A stretch of DNA of 64,000 nt from Candidatus Methanosuratincola verstraetei (GTDB lineage: Archaea > Thermoproteota > Methanomethylicia > Methanomethylicales > Methanomethylicaceae), in the NCBI GenBank assembly GCA_049570475.1, contig CP186953.1:928001-992000 (forward strand), read 5' to 3'. Made by a program: the position numbers and the translations under genes. A model generated the notes under the pieces. It did no database searches and was not told the DNA's origin. It saw nothing but the letters and a program-made list of their open reading frames with translations. This document shows positions 29,612 to 38,483 of the stretch, piece by piece. Each line of letters opens with the position of its first letter. Positions within the stretch are counted from its first letter, which is position 1.

Positions 29612-30925
29612 CTACACACCCTCGTTTACCGCAATCACGTCGAGCTCAGTGCATCTCGCCCCGCAGCCAAGGATCTCCGAGACGCTCGGGGTTGTCCTCC
29701 CCCCGTCCCCTGAGATGAGCTCCTTTACGTAGAGCCCGCCCTGGCAGCGGACAACAAGCTCAAGGTGCCTAGGGTCGATCATCTTGACCGACATCTCATA
29801 GACCTTCTTGAGCCTGAGCCTGTCAGCCCGGCGATGCAGCACTCTGTTCGGAGTAAATTGATTTATAACACATCCATTAAAGCTTTTCCCCAATGCCACT
29901 GCCCCTTCCTCAGTTATATCGCGATCCAGCTCAACGAGTGCCCTGTAGACCTTCTCTGCGACCTTGGCGCCCTCCTTGAGCTTCCTCACGGTTCTCCTGT
30001 CCGAGAGCCTGAGCCCCGCAACCTCCACCATCCCATTCCCCCCCTTGTTAATCTCGGCCTCGATAGCCTTCAGATCCAGCTCTCTAATCTTCGGCTCCCT
30101 TACCTCCACTACGAAGGGTCTCCCGGTCCCGCTCATTATCGCGTCCACGTCCTCCCTGCCCGCCCCGTGGAACTTGGTCTCCTTCCCCCCGGCTGCCTTG
30201 AGGATTGGTCCGCAGACTATCTCCTCGACAGATGTCGGATAGATCTTCCCGGTACCGTGGCAGATCTCGCAACCTTTCCCCCTGCAGTGTACGCAGTCCC
30301 ACTTCGACTGGGGTATCCCCCTGGCGAGCTTCCTGTACCTGCCAAATACGAATAGGGGCATCGGGCTGACCTCTACCACAGGTCCGGGTATCCAGACCGT
30401 GACGACAACGTCGGGCTTAGCGAACTCAACTTCCCTGCCAGTTGCCTTCGAGACCAGTTTCCCGATCTCCCTGCTGGCCTCCATTTTCATAGACTCCCCG
30501 AACTCGATTCCGAACTCCGACTTTACCTCATCCTCGCGCTCGGCAAGCTCCCCGGAAACCTTCACTCCGATGAGAAATGTCTTGTATTGGTACCCGTCCA
30601 GAGCCCTGACGACCTCCGCCGCGTACTCGCCCATCCTGTCCATTATCCCGCCGCATATGTAGCAGCCGTCCTTGGCAGTCTCACCGACTAGGTTTGAGGC
30701 AGGGGTGTGGGCGCCTCTGACTGCAAGGTCCCTCAAGACCCCTTCTTGGGACTCCTCCCCCTTCTTGAGCCCCATGTGCGCCTCCATGGTGATCACCAAT
30801 TTCAGTGCAAACCCCCTCTCCTTGTTCGTGATCCCCCTGCCCAGCCCGCCGAACTGCCTCCCCAAACAGCTGTCGCAGAGCGGGTACCTGTGGAGCATCG
30901 ATCTTGCCTTCTCGATCAGTGACAT
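29612..30925 (-). CDS. pus10: tRNA pseudouridine 54/55 synthase Pus10
   Basis: LCD.CLGR, THUMP region, GRY.K..R.IPQ, GREDVD and GGLYVKELISGD motifs. Confidence 0.96.
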   Translation of the reverse strand: MSLIEKARSMLHRYPLCDSCLGRQFGGLGRGITNKERGFALKLVITMEAHMGLKKGEESQEGVLRDLAVRGAHTPASNLVGETAKDGCYICGGIMDRMGEYAAEVVRALDGYQYKTFLIGVKVSGELAEREDEVKSEFGIEFGESMKMEASREIGKLVSKATGREVEFAKPDVVVTVWIPGPVVEVSPMPLFVFGRYRKLARGIPQSKWDCVHCRGKGCEICHGTGKIYPTSVEEIVCGPILKAAGGKETKFHGAGREDVDAIMSGTGRPFVVEVREPKIRELDLKAIEAEINKGGNGMVEVAGLRLSDRRTVRKLKEGAKVAEKVYRALVELDRDITEEGAVALGKSFNGCVINQFTPNRVLHRRADRLRLKKVYEMSVKMIDPRHLELVVRCQGGLYVKELISGDGGRTTPSVSEILGCGARCTELDVIAVNEGV

Positions 30926-30991
30926 AATCAACACCGGAGAACTCGTGAGTACCCTCCACTGGGAGATGGAATATAAACCTTGATCCTTGCC

Positions 30992-31516
30992 TCAGGGCTG
31001 CGACCTGTCTATCGCATTGTTTACGATAACTGCGGCCTGATCCGCGGTCAACCTCCTCGCCCCGAGGCGGAGGGGATCGAACCCTGAACTCTTCAGCCAA
31101 TCTGAAACTCCATGATCTATGCCCTTGCAACAGAAGACCACCGAGATGTCCGCCCCTATCCCGTGTGTGCTCCCCGGACCGTCAAAAAAGAATCTTCTAC
31201 CTGGGAGCCTTGGCGCCAGATCTGCTATATCTGCCCTCTTTGCGCTCACGCCTTGTAGGACCCTGGGCTTCTTCCCCTCCTCTGCCCTCCTAAGCCCTGC
31301 CCTCAGAATCCCTGAGAGTGACTGCTCGTCGGGCCTAACATTCCTCATCGCCCACCCTTCAAAACTGACCAGTACCTCGTCATCAAACAGGACTGCGGCC
31401 CAGACATCCTTCCTAGTCCCGTGCGATAAAAGTAGAGATCCTGCGATGAACCTCGTCAGAAGCCCTCTGTTGGAAGCGAGGTCCGTCTTTCTTGCTAGAA
31501 GTATGAAACTCCGCAA
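30992..31516 (-). CDS. trmY: TrmY-like SPOUT methyltransferase (divergent)
   Basis: LLLSHG.RKDV, RPDE.S and LG...L.ADQ....V.N..DR; immediately upstream of pus10. Confidence 0.7.
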   Translation of the reverse strand: MRSFILLARKTDLASNRGLLTRFIAGSLLLSHGTRKDVWAAVLFDDEVLVSFEGWAMRNVRPDEQSLSGILRAGLRRAEEGKKPRVLQGVSAKRADIADLAPRLPGRRFFFDGPGSTHGIGADISVVFCCKGIDHGVSDWLKSSGFDPLRLGARRLTADQAAVIVNNAIDRSQP

Positions 31517-31526
31517 GACGATGCCC

Positions 31527-32873
31527 CTAATACTTCGGGATCTGCCCGCCCTTAATCCCTGGGAATCTCTTCTGTTTCGTGACCATCTGCTTGACAAACT
31601 TCTTGCTCATTTTGTACTGGTCGAGCAGCTCCCTTATGTCCTTGGGAGTCGTGCCCGATCCCCTTGCGATCCTCCTGATCCTGGACCCGTCGATTATGTG
31701 GGGCTCCTCAAGCTCCTCCTGCGTCATCGACTGCATTATCACCATCCACCTCTTCATCCTCTCCTCGGATAGATCCATCGCCTCCTTTGGCAGGCTAAGC
31801 CCCATCCCTGGTATAGACTGCAGGATCTTGCTCAAAGGTCCCATCCTCCTGAGCGCCTGCATCTGGTTGTAAAGATCCTTCAGGGTGAACCTCCCAGAAG
31901 CTATTGCACTCAGGTCCTTTGACATTGATGTGGTCTTCTGGACCTCCTTGACCTTCTCGACCAGTGCCTCGATGTCACCCATCCCGAGGAGCCTGCCCAC
32001 GAACCTCGGCGGGCTGAAAGGCTCGATCTCTTCTATCCCCTCACCAGTCCCAATGAACCTTATTGGAGCCCTTGTTGCCGCGACCGCCGAGAGGGCTCCT
32101 CCCCCCCTGGCTGATCCGTCCAGCTTGGTCAGGAAGATTGTACCTATCTTGGTCGCCTGGTTGAACGCCTCAGCCTGCTGCATCGCCTGCTGCCCTATGG
32201 TGCCGTCCAAGACAAGTATTATCTCGTCCGGAGAGATGGCCTCGGCTATCTCCTTCATCTCGTTTATGAGATCGCCCTCATTCTTGTGCCTCCCCGCGGT
32301 GTCAACAATTATCAGCTCGATCCCCTTTTCCTTCATCTTCTGTACGCCATTCTTTGCGATCTCCACCGCGCTTGGGTTCCCCTTCTCACCATAGAACTCA
32401 GCTCCTGCCCTGTCCGCAAGCTGCTTGAGCTGGTCATATGCCCCGGCCCTGAAGTTGTCAGCGCAGACCACCCCAACAGAGAGGCCTTGCTTCTTGTGGT
32501 ACCATGTAAGCTTGGACGCTGTTGTGGTCTTGCCTGAGCCTTGGATCCCGACTAGCAGGACCACGGTAGACTTGCCCTTCTGGTACTTGGGGAGCTGCGC
32601 CCTCTCGCCGCCAAGGAGACCTGTAAGCTCGTCATACACGACCTTAACCGCAAGCTCCCTCCTCGTGATCCCGGGCGGTAGCTCCTCCTCGAGTATCCTC
32701 TTCTCGATCCTCTTGGATAGTTCTGAGACAAGCCTCACGTTGACATCGGACTGTATGAGCGCGCGCTGTATGTCCCTGACCAGTTCCTTCACAGCCTTCT
32801 CGTCCACGACCGGCGTCCTAAGTATCTTTTTTATGGCATTGCCGAGCGAGCTGCTGAGGCTATCCAATACCAT
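31527..32873 (-). CDS. srp54: Signal recognition particle protein Srp54
   Basis: GIQGSGKTT, DTAGRH, TKLD and RIARGSG M-domain motifs. Confidence 0.98.
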   Translation of the reverse strand: MVLDSLSSSLGNAIKKILRTPVVDEKAVKELVRDIQRALIQSDVNVRLVSELSKRIEKRILEEELPPGITRRELAVKVVYDELTGLLGGERAQLPKYQKGKSTVVLLVGIQGSGKTTTASKLTWYHKKQGLSVGVVCADNFRAGAYDQLKQLADRAGAEFYGEKGNPSAVEIAKNGVQKMKEKGIELIIVDTAGRHKNEGDLINEMKEIAEAISPDEIILVLDGTIGQQAMQQAEAFNQATKIGTIFLTKLDGSARGGGALSAVAATRAPIRFIGTGEGIEEIEPFSPPRFVGRLLGMGDIEALVEKVKEVQKTTSMSKDLSAIASGRFTLKDLYNQMQALRRMGPLSKILQSIPGMGLSLPKEAMDLSEERMKRWMVIMQSMTQEELEEPHIIDGSRIRRIARGSGTTPKDIRELLDQYKMSKKFVKQMVTKQKRFPGIKGGQIPKY

Positions 32874-32952
32874 CTGGGCGCACCTTGCTTTATAGATGAT
32901 GAATTGGCGGTGTTCCCTAAAATGCTTTGGGCGTCCAAAAAAGGAACAGGGT

Positions 32953-33348
32953 TTACTTGACCCTCATTATGTGCTTCTCATTCAGTATGTCCCAATACTC
33001 GACCTCGGCACCTGGGGCTATCTTCGCCATTATCTCCTCATCTTTCGGTTTCTTTACTTCAAATGTCTCGTAGCTCTCCAAATCCATCAGCTGGACCGAG
33101 TCTGGCATAATCGATATGACTTGGGCAGCCCTCTTCTCCACTATCGGGACATCTACCCTCTGGTCTGCTGGGGCGACGATGTTTCTCTTGATTCCGTCGA
33201 AGATTCCGACCGCGACGACCCTCCCTTTCGCTGAGCCGTGCTTTCCTGTCTTCGACTTCTCCATCGAGACGACCCTGCAGGGCACTCCGTCTATGACCAC
33301 GAAGCTGCCCTCTTTCAGTGAGCCAATTTCAACAGGTTTCGTTGACAT
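32953..33348 (-). CDS. eif5a: Translation factor aIF-5A
   Basis: [10 protein letters not shown] hypusine motif. Confidence 0.98.
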   Translation of the reverse strand: MSTKPVEIGSLKEGSFVVIDGVPCRVVSMEKSKTGKHGSAKGRVVAVGIFDGIKRNIVAPADQRVDVPIVEKRAAQVISIMPDSVQLMDLESYETFEVKKPKDEEIMAKIAPGAEVEYWDILNEKHIMRVK

Positions 33349-33672
33349 CAGTCTCTACCATCCGCTTGTTTTTGAGTAAATGGAATAAGTAAATAAATCT
33401 TATCATACTCTCCCGCCAGTCCATTTAAGATATGCCTTGACAGTCTAACTGCCAGAACCGACGCATCTTTAATGGCCGCCTTCAGGAAATGCATTATATC
33501 AATTTAGCGGCAATTGAATCATCTTATCGGAAACTTATTTCAAGGACCCGGTGGCATTCCTATCGCCTCCATGCAGTTTACAATTATATTTATAAAAAAA
33601 AATTAAAAAATGAGTAATAATTGTAAAAATATATTAAATGCCAACGGGTTTCTATATACAGGGGAATAATCT

Positions 33673-34497
33673 ATGGACAATGATTTGAGAAGGGAGCTGA
33701 TCCAGAAATCTCCAATAACCATGGAAAGCCTCAGGAAATTGAACATTGGTGCGGGGATCCTCCACTTGGTGCAGGGGATGCTCATGCTTACTTTGGGGAC
33801 ACTTTTGACATGGGAGCGGGACATTTACACCTTTTACCTCAAGTTCGAAGTAATGCCTTCTACCCCTCCAGTCTTCAAGGTTGTGCCGAATCCTCAGGTC
33901 GCTTTCACAATCACGTATCTGGGGGCATTGCTGGCGTCGTTCTTGCTGATCTCTGCAGCGGCCCACATGATTATCGCATTCGCAAAGAAAAATCAATACG
34001 CTGAATACCTAAAACGAGGGATGAACCCATATCGTTGGTATGAGTATGCCTTCTCAAGCTCGATCATGCTTGTGATCTTGGCGACATTCGTCGGGGTTTG
34101 GGAGTTGTGGTCACTCGTCATGATCTTCGTACTGAACGCAATGATGATAATGTTCGGTTACCTGATGGAGAAGATCAACCAGTTTACGAAGAAGATTGAC
34201 TGGTCTCCATATCTGTTGGGCTGCATCTCTGGCTTCACCCCGTGGGTGGTCATAGCTGCTTACTTTGTCGCCGCCCTGAACTCAACTGGCACAAGCCCGC
34301 CGACATTTGTCTATTTAGTTCTCGTACTGTATTTCGTGATGTTCAACACATTCTCCATCAACATGATCCTCCAATACAAGGGGATCGGCAAGTGGAAAGA
34401 CTACCTCCACGGCGAGAGAGTCTACATTTTACTGAGCCTGGTAGCAAAAACAATCTTGGCTTGGCTGGTTTTCATCGGCATATTTGCGCCATTCTAA
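33673..34497 (+). CDS. Heliorhodopsin
   Basis: 7 TM helices; LHLVQG, AH in TM2, NPYRWYEY..SSS.M, N..M..FG..ME and GERVY..LSLVAK (retinal Lys). Confidence 0.95.
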   Translation: MDNDLRRELIQKSPITMESLRKLNIGAGILHLVQGMLMLTLGTLLTWERDIYTFYLKFEVMPSTPPVFKVVPNPQVAFTITYLGALLASFLLISAAAHMIIAFAKKNQYAEYLKRGMNPYRWYEYAFSSSIMLVILATFVGVWELWSLVMIFVLNAMMIMFGYLMEKINQFTKKIDWSPYLLGCISGFTPWVVIAAYFVAALNSTGTSPPTFVYLVLVLYFVMFNTFSINMILQYKGIGKWKDYLHGERVYILLSLVAKTILAWLVFIGIFAPF

Positions 34498-34599
34498 ACA
34501 CCCCCTTTTTCTTAATTCTATACGATCCGGTATGGGGACAGTTGCTGATCGGGAAATGTAATTAACCAGCTTCTCATTCACGATCTTAGGTGGCTCTAA

Positions 34600-34944
34600 T
34601 TGACGACCACGTTCTCGGTAAACTCGCCCCGATGCGATCAAAGGACCCAGATCATCGCAGAGAAAGTCGGTTCTGCGATCAAAATAAGTCTGAACACGAC
34701 CTGCCCGAGAGTCAAAGCGTATGGGGAGTCCCTTTGCGAAATCGGGATAAATGAGTTGGCACAACCAATACTTAAGAACCCGATTTATGTAGTGGCCTCC
34801 TCGAAACTCGGCCCTGAGTGCGTCGTTCCATGCGCAGTTGTATCTGCTGCCTGGACCGAGGCTGGCATGGTCGCAAGGAGCATCCTCAACCGCTTCCCAA
34901 GCACCTGCTTCACCTACGAAGGATCATCGAGCAACAAATTGTGA
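34600..34944 (+). CDS. DUF6951-like small Cys-containing protein
   Basis: V.S..C...T.I.A, TCP.V, N..Y..A, C.VP.....A...EAG pattern recalled from that family. Confidence 0.55.
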   Translation: MTTTFSVNSPRCDQRTQIIAEKVGSAIKISLNTTCPRVKAYGESLCEIGINELAQPILKNPIYVVASSKLGPECVVPCAVVSAAWTEAGMVARSILNRFPSTCFTYEGSSSNKL

Positions 34945-35037
34945 AAGTGCATTGAAAGCACTTTCGAATTTTAGCCCGTTTTTATTAAAAGAATGCCCTC
35001 ACGCGAAAAGTAAAATAGAAACGCTCAGCAATAATTA

Positions 35038-35397
35038 ATGGGTATAAAAATGGTAAACTTAGTTTCCGTAATAATCAACCTAGTCGTGAGCATAATTATC
35101 CTGTCTCCGGTGCTCTGGCTTGTAGGCAGGTGGCTTGCCGGAAAAGACAAGGCCAAGTTCACCGATGCTATTTGGATCGTAGTGATTGGGACCATTGTAG
35201 ACGCGGTATTCGGCTACTTCGATTTAGGGCTGATTGGCGCCATAATTATGATAATAATATGGCTTGCGCTGATCAAGCACTTCTTCGACTGCGGGTGGCT
35301 CAGGGCACTACTGGTCGCTATAGTGACCGTTGTGGTCTTTATAATCATCGGCATAGTATTGGCTTTACTCGGCTTTGCGCTTTTGGCAATAATTTAA
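35038..35397 (+). CDS. Small 4-TM membrane protein
   Basis: Four hydrophobic helices, IKHFFDCGW..A; T-rich terminator follows. Confidence 0.75.
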   Translation: MGIKMVNLVSVIINLVVSIIILSPVLWLVGRWLAGKDKAKFTDAIWIVVIGTIVDAVFGYFDLGLIGAIIMIIIWLALIKHFFDCGWLRALLVAIVTVVVFIIIGIVLALLGFALLAII

Positions 35398-35623
35398 ACA
35401 TTTTTTATTTCTTCCTTTGAACCTCAAGCACTTCGTGAATGCTTGTCGGGACTAACATGACACCATTAATAAAAGGGTAAGCAAGTTCGGTCACGTCAGT
35501 GAGAACCATTAACTAAGAAATTATTGGTTTACCGTTTTAAAATGTTTGAGAAAAATCTCTTTATGCACGCTGCCTCTTTCAGGGCAGTCAATCCATGATG
35601 AAAAATGAAAAATATTGTTTTTG

Positions 35624-37198
35624 CTATCTGTGGTGGTGCTCTGGAATGCAATATCTGCATCCATCAAAGCCTGCAGTAAGGGCCTCTTCGAGGTCACAGA
35701 AATAGACCCTGTTCCTGATTGCAATCCTATGGGCCCACTCGCAATCCTTCTTATGGACCTCCATGTGCTCGGGAGACTTGTTTGCAATATATGGCGCATA
35801 TGCCCCTATTCCTGAAGTCTCTATGTTTGCGGCGACCAGGGCTTCTGGCTCATCGATGAATAGCTTGGTAAATGCAGCCTTGACTTTCACCGTGGTCCCC
35901 GGCAGGCTCTCTTCAATGACCGCAGGGAGGAGCACGATCGGCGGCAAGTTCTCGACTATCCTGTCTATGAGCCAGTTGACAAAATAGTTAAGCAGGAACT
36001 CGGGTATTTCCCAGTCGAGCGGTATGGAGAGGTCCAGATCAAGTATGTCAACGGCTAGCTGATTCTTGTCGTCCAAGTAAACTTTTGCAGAAGCCGAGTC
36101 GATGTTGATGACTAGGTTGTTTACAGATAGGCTGAATATCTCCCCTGTGTAGGTCTCTGTGTCGACGTCCCAGATCCCCCAGAAAAGGGAGGTGGTGGTC
36201 TGTATCGTGACTAGCGCCCTCATCCAAGCATCGATTGAGACGCTCCCTGCGATCTCGACAACATTGCCAGGCTTCAGGTCAAAGTCAAACTTGCTGAACC
36301 TTATTGTTGCCCCGAACTCCGCCCAGACCCGCTTAATGTCTATCTCAGTGCTGACCAAACCAAGCGTGCAGGCAGCCACCACCCAGTCGGCTAGCTCGTC
36401 CAGCCAGTCAACAATCGAGGGCATGTCAAAGTCGTGGCTACCCGTTTTCGTGATTGACTTTGGATGCGTTGTCCTGTCCCACCAGAAATCATATACTTTG
36501 TGCATTGCCCCTTCGTTGACGCCTATGCCGATATGGCTCCCGTCCGTGAAGTCCAAGACCGAGTTGATGTCGCCGCCATTGTATCCAAGCAGGTTGACTG
36601 CGACACACAGTGTGGAAGGGTTCAAGACGCGGAAATTCCCCAGTCCAATGGTGAGCTTGTTCTCCTCCCCTGGCGGCATGTTCGGGAGCTCCGTGGCGAA
36701 TAAGACCGGGCTCAACTCCAGGGTGGTGAGATCTTCCGTCAAGTACTCGTGCATTGCTATAGTCAATATCTCGTTCAGCCTAGCGATCACATTGGTTGGT
36801 AGGTGATAGGTGTCATTCAACTCTACGTCGTCAATGCTGGCTGTCAATAGATCTATCTTAAGCCTGCGTGTTGCCTGATCGAATGACGGGGCGACCCCAA
36901 CGGTGAATTCGACTTCGATCTCAAACTTGATGCCCCCGAGCACAGTGAACTTCGCCTGCCCCCTCACATTCATGCGCAAGTGCAAATCGGCCGTGGCCTC
37001 GATAGTCGGGGGCTTTGGGAGGGACACCTCATAGCCTATCACTGTAAACTCCTTCAGGCTTTCTGGCACGTTCGGTATGGGGAGCGTGTAGGTCCCCTTT
37101 AGAACAGGGAAGGCGCCGATGCAATGGCCAATCTTCATGAACTTGTTCAGGAGCTCTTCCCTTACCTCCAAAACAACGTCGTATCCTCCCGTCTGCAT
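35624..37198 (-). CDS. Beta-rich protein (tandem TULIP/BPI-like repeats suspected) with C-terminal Ada-type Zn finger
   Basis: 524 aa from ATG 37198 (TAATG overlap with the upstream gene); C-terminus VH..DC...RI...N.VYF....EA...G...C..C.P. Confidence 0.75.
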   Translation of the reverse strand: MQTGGYDVVLEVREELLNKFMKIGHCIGAFPVLKGTYTLPIPNVPESLKEFTVIGYEVSLPKPPTIEATADLHLRMNVRGQAKFTVLGGIKFEIEVEFTVGVAPSFDQATRRLKIDLLTASIDDVELNDTYHLPTNVIARLNEILTIAMHEYLTEDLTTLELSPVLFATELPNMPPGEENKLTIGLGNFRVLNPSTLCVAVNLLGYNGGDINSVLDFTDGSHIGIGVNEGAMHKVYDFWWDRTTHPKSITKTGSHDFDMPSIVDWLDELADWVVAACTLGLVSTEIDIKRVWAEFGATIRFSKFDFDLKPGNVVEIAGSVSIDAWMRALVTIQTTTSLFWGIWDVDTETYTGEIFSLSVNNLVINIDSASAKVYLDDKNQLAVDILDLDLSIPLDWEIPEFLLNYFVNWLIDRIVENLPPIVLLPAVIEESLPGTTVKVKAAFTKLFIDEPEALVAANIETSGIGAYAPYIANKSPEHMEVHKKDCEWAHRIAIRNRVYFCDLEEALTAGFDGCRYCIPEHHHR

Positions 37199-37563
37199 TA
37201 GCCCCCGCCCCCGAGCGACTTTTCGCACTTTCCCGTCTCCTTGTTTATGTGAACATGTATCTTCAATGGCTTGCCTTCCAAAACCCGTTTCAAGTACCAA
37301 TTCTTGGCCTCTGGTCTTTTCTTGACGATCTCCCTCAGGTCCGCCCTCACCTTAGAGTTCAGCCTCTCCATCACCCTGTCTATAAAAGCGCTGTCTACCT
37401 TGATCCCCACCTCTTTTATGGTGCCCTGGAAATCCTCTTTCAGACGTTCCTCCAGCGAAGGGTCAACAGCCATACGCTTCCTTATTTGTTCCAGCTCTGG
37501 CAAATCTAATCCATGTAAAGCATTTTTATCTATCCTCTTTTTTTTCAATAATGGCACTACCAA
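37198..37563 (-). CDS. Hypothetical helical protein with NHLP-leader-like segment
   Basis: IRKRMAVDPSLEERLKEDFQGTIKEVGI; ends SLGGGG; translationally coupled to the downstream gene. Confidence 0.65.
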   Translation of the reverse strand: MVVPLLKKKRIDKNALHGLDLPELEQIRKRMAVDPSLEERLKEDFQGTIKEVGIKVDSAFIDRVMERLNSKVRADLREIVKKRPEAKNWYLKRVLEGKPLKIHVHINKETGKCEKSLGGGG

Positions 37564-37798
37564 AAAGTTCTAACTATTAACTAACGGGAATGTTATTTAA
37601 GTGTTCCCGTTCTACAGATGAACAAAATATGCCGTGAACGACTAGATCCTGAATGGCTTTTACCGAGCGGACCTGATCCTTGGATTTGGTCTCTTGGTGC
37701 CCTTCCCTAGAACCGGGGCCTATTTCGCTCGTTTTCTGTTGGAACCTTCCGGAAAGATCCTATAAACAAAAGAAATGGAATAAATAAAAAGGGTGCCT

Positions 37799-38473
37799 TT
37801 ACCAGGCACTCGACGGATCCTGCTTCAGCTTCGCCACTAGATCTTTCGTTACGCCAACTGCTGCTGAGGCATCGTGAGGCCTTGCGTCTGCGCCTATCGA
37901 TAGTGCCCACTCCTCAGTAACTGGGCCGCCTCCGACGATTATCTTGACCTTGTTCCTGACCCCTGCTTGGGCGAACATGTCGATTACTTTCTTCATCGCC
38001 GGCATTGTTGTGCTCATCAGTGCAGACATCCCTACTACTTCTGCCTTGTTGTCCTTTGCAGTCTCCAGGAACTTAGCCAGTGGCACATCCTTGCCTAGGT
38101 CGATCACGTTGAACCCAGCAGCGCTGAGCATTATCTTGACCAAGTTCTTGCCTATGTCATGGATGTCTCCTTCTACCACTCCGAGGACGACTTTCGCAGG
38201 CACAGTGGTCTTGTCAGCCTTCATGTGTGGCGTAAGCACTTCCACAGCCGCGTTAAGCGCATTTGCAGAGCATAGGACCTCAGGGACGAAGTACTCCTTC
38301 TTCTCATACTTCTGGTTCACTACACTCATTGCATCGCCGCCGTACTTGGTCACGAGTTCATATGCGTCCAGTTTCGCCGCGACCGCTTCGTTCGCCCACT
38401 TGGCAGCTGCCGCTTCGTCACCATCGACTATGGCCTTTACAAATCCATTTATGATTTCCTCTTTAGTTGCCAT
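37799..38473 (-). CDS. Methyltransferase corrinoid protein (MtsB/MtaC-like)
   Basis: B12-binding GDIHDIGKN, SALMSTT and GGGP motifs; N-terminal cap domain YFVPE. Confidence 0.93.
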   Translation of the reverse strand: MATKEEIINGFVKAIVDGDEAAAAKWANEAVAAKLDAYELVTKYGGDAMSVVNQKYEKKEYFVPEVLCSANALNAAVEVLTPHMKADKTTVPAKVVLGVVEGDIHDIGKNLVKIMLSAAGFNVIDLGKDVPLAKFLETAKDNKAEVVGMSALMSTTMPAMKKVIDMFAQAGVRNKVKIIVGGGPVTEEWALSIGADARPHDASAAVGVTKDLVAKLKQDPSSAW

Positions 38474-38483
38474 CTCTAACACC

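Noticed and set aside
30240-30305. DnaJ-like CxxCxGxG repeats in Pus10
   Set aside because: This is a known insertion in many archaeal Pus10 proteins.
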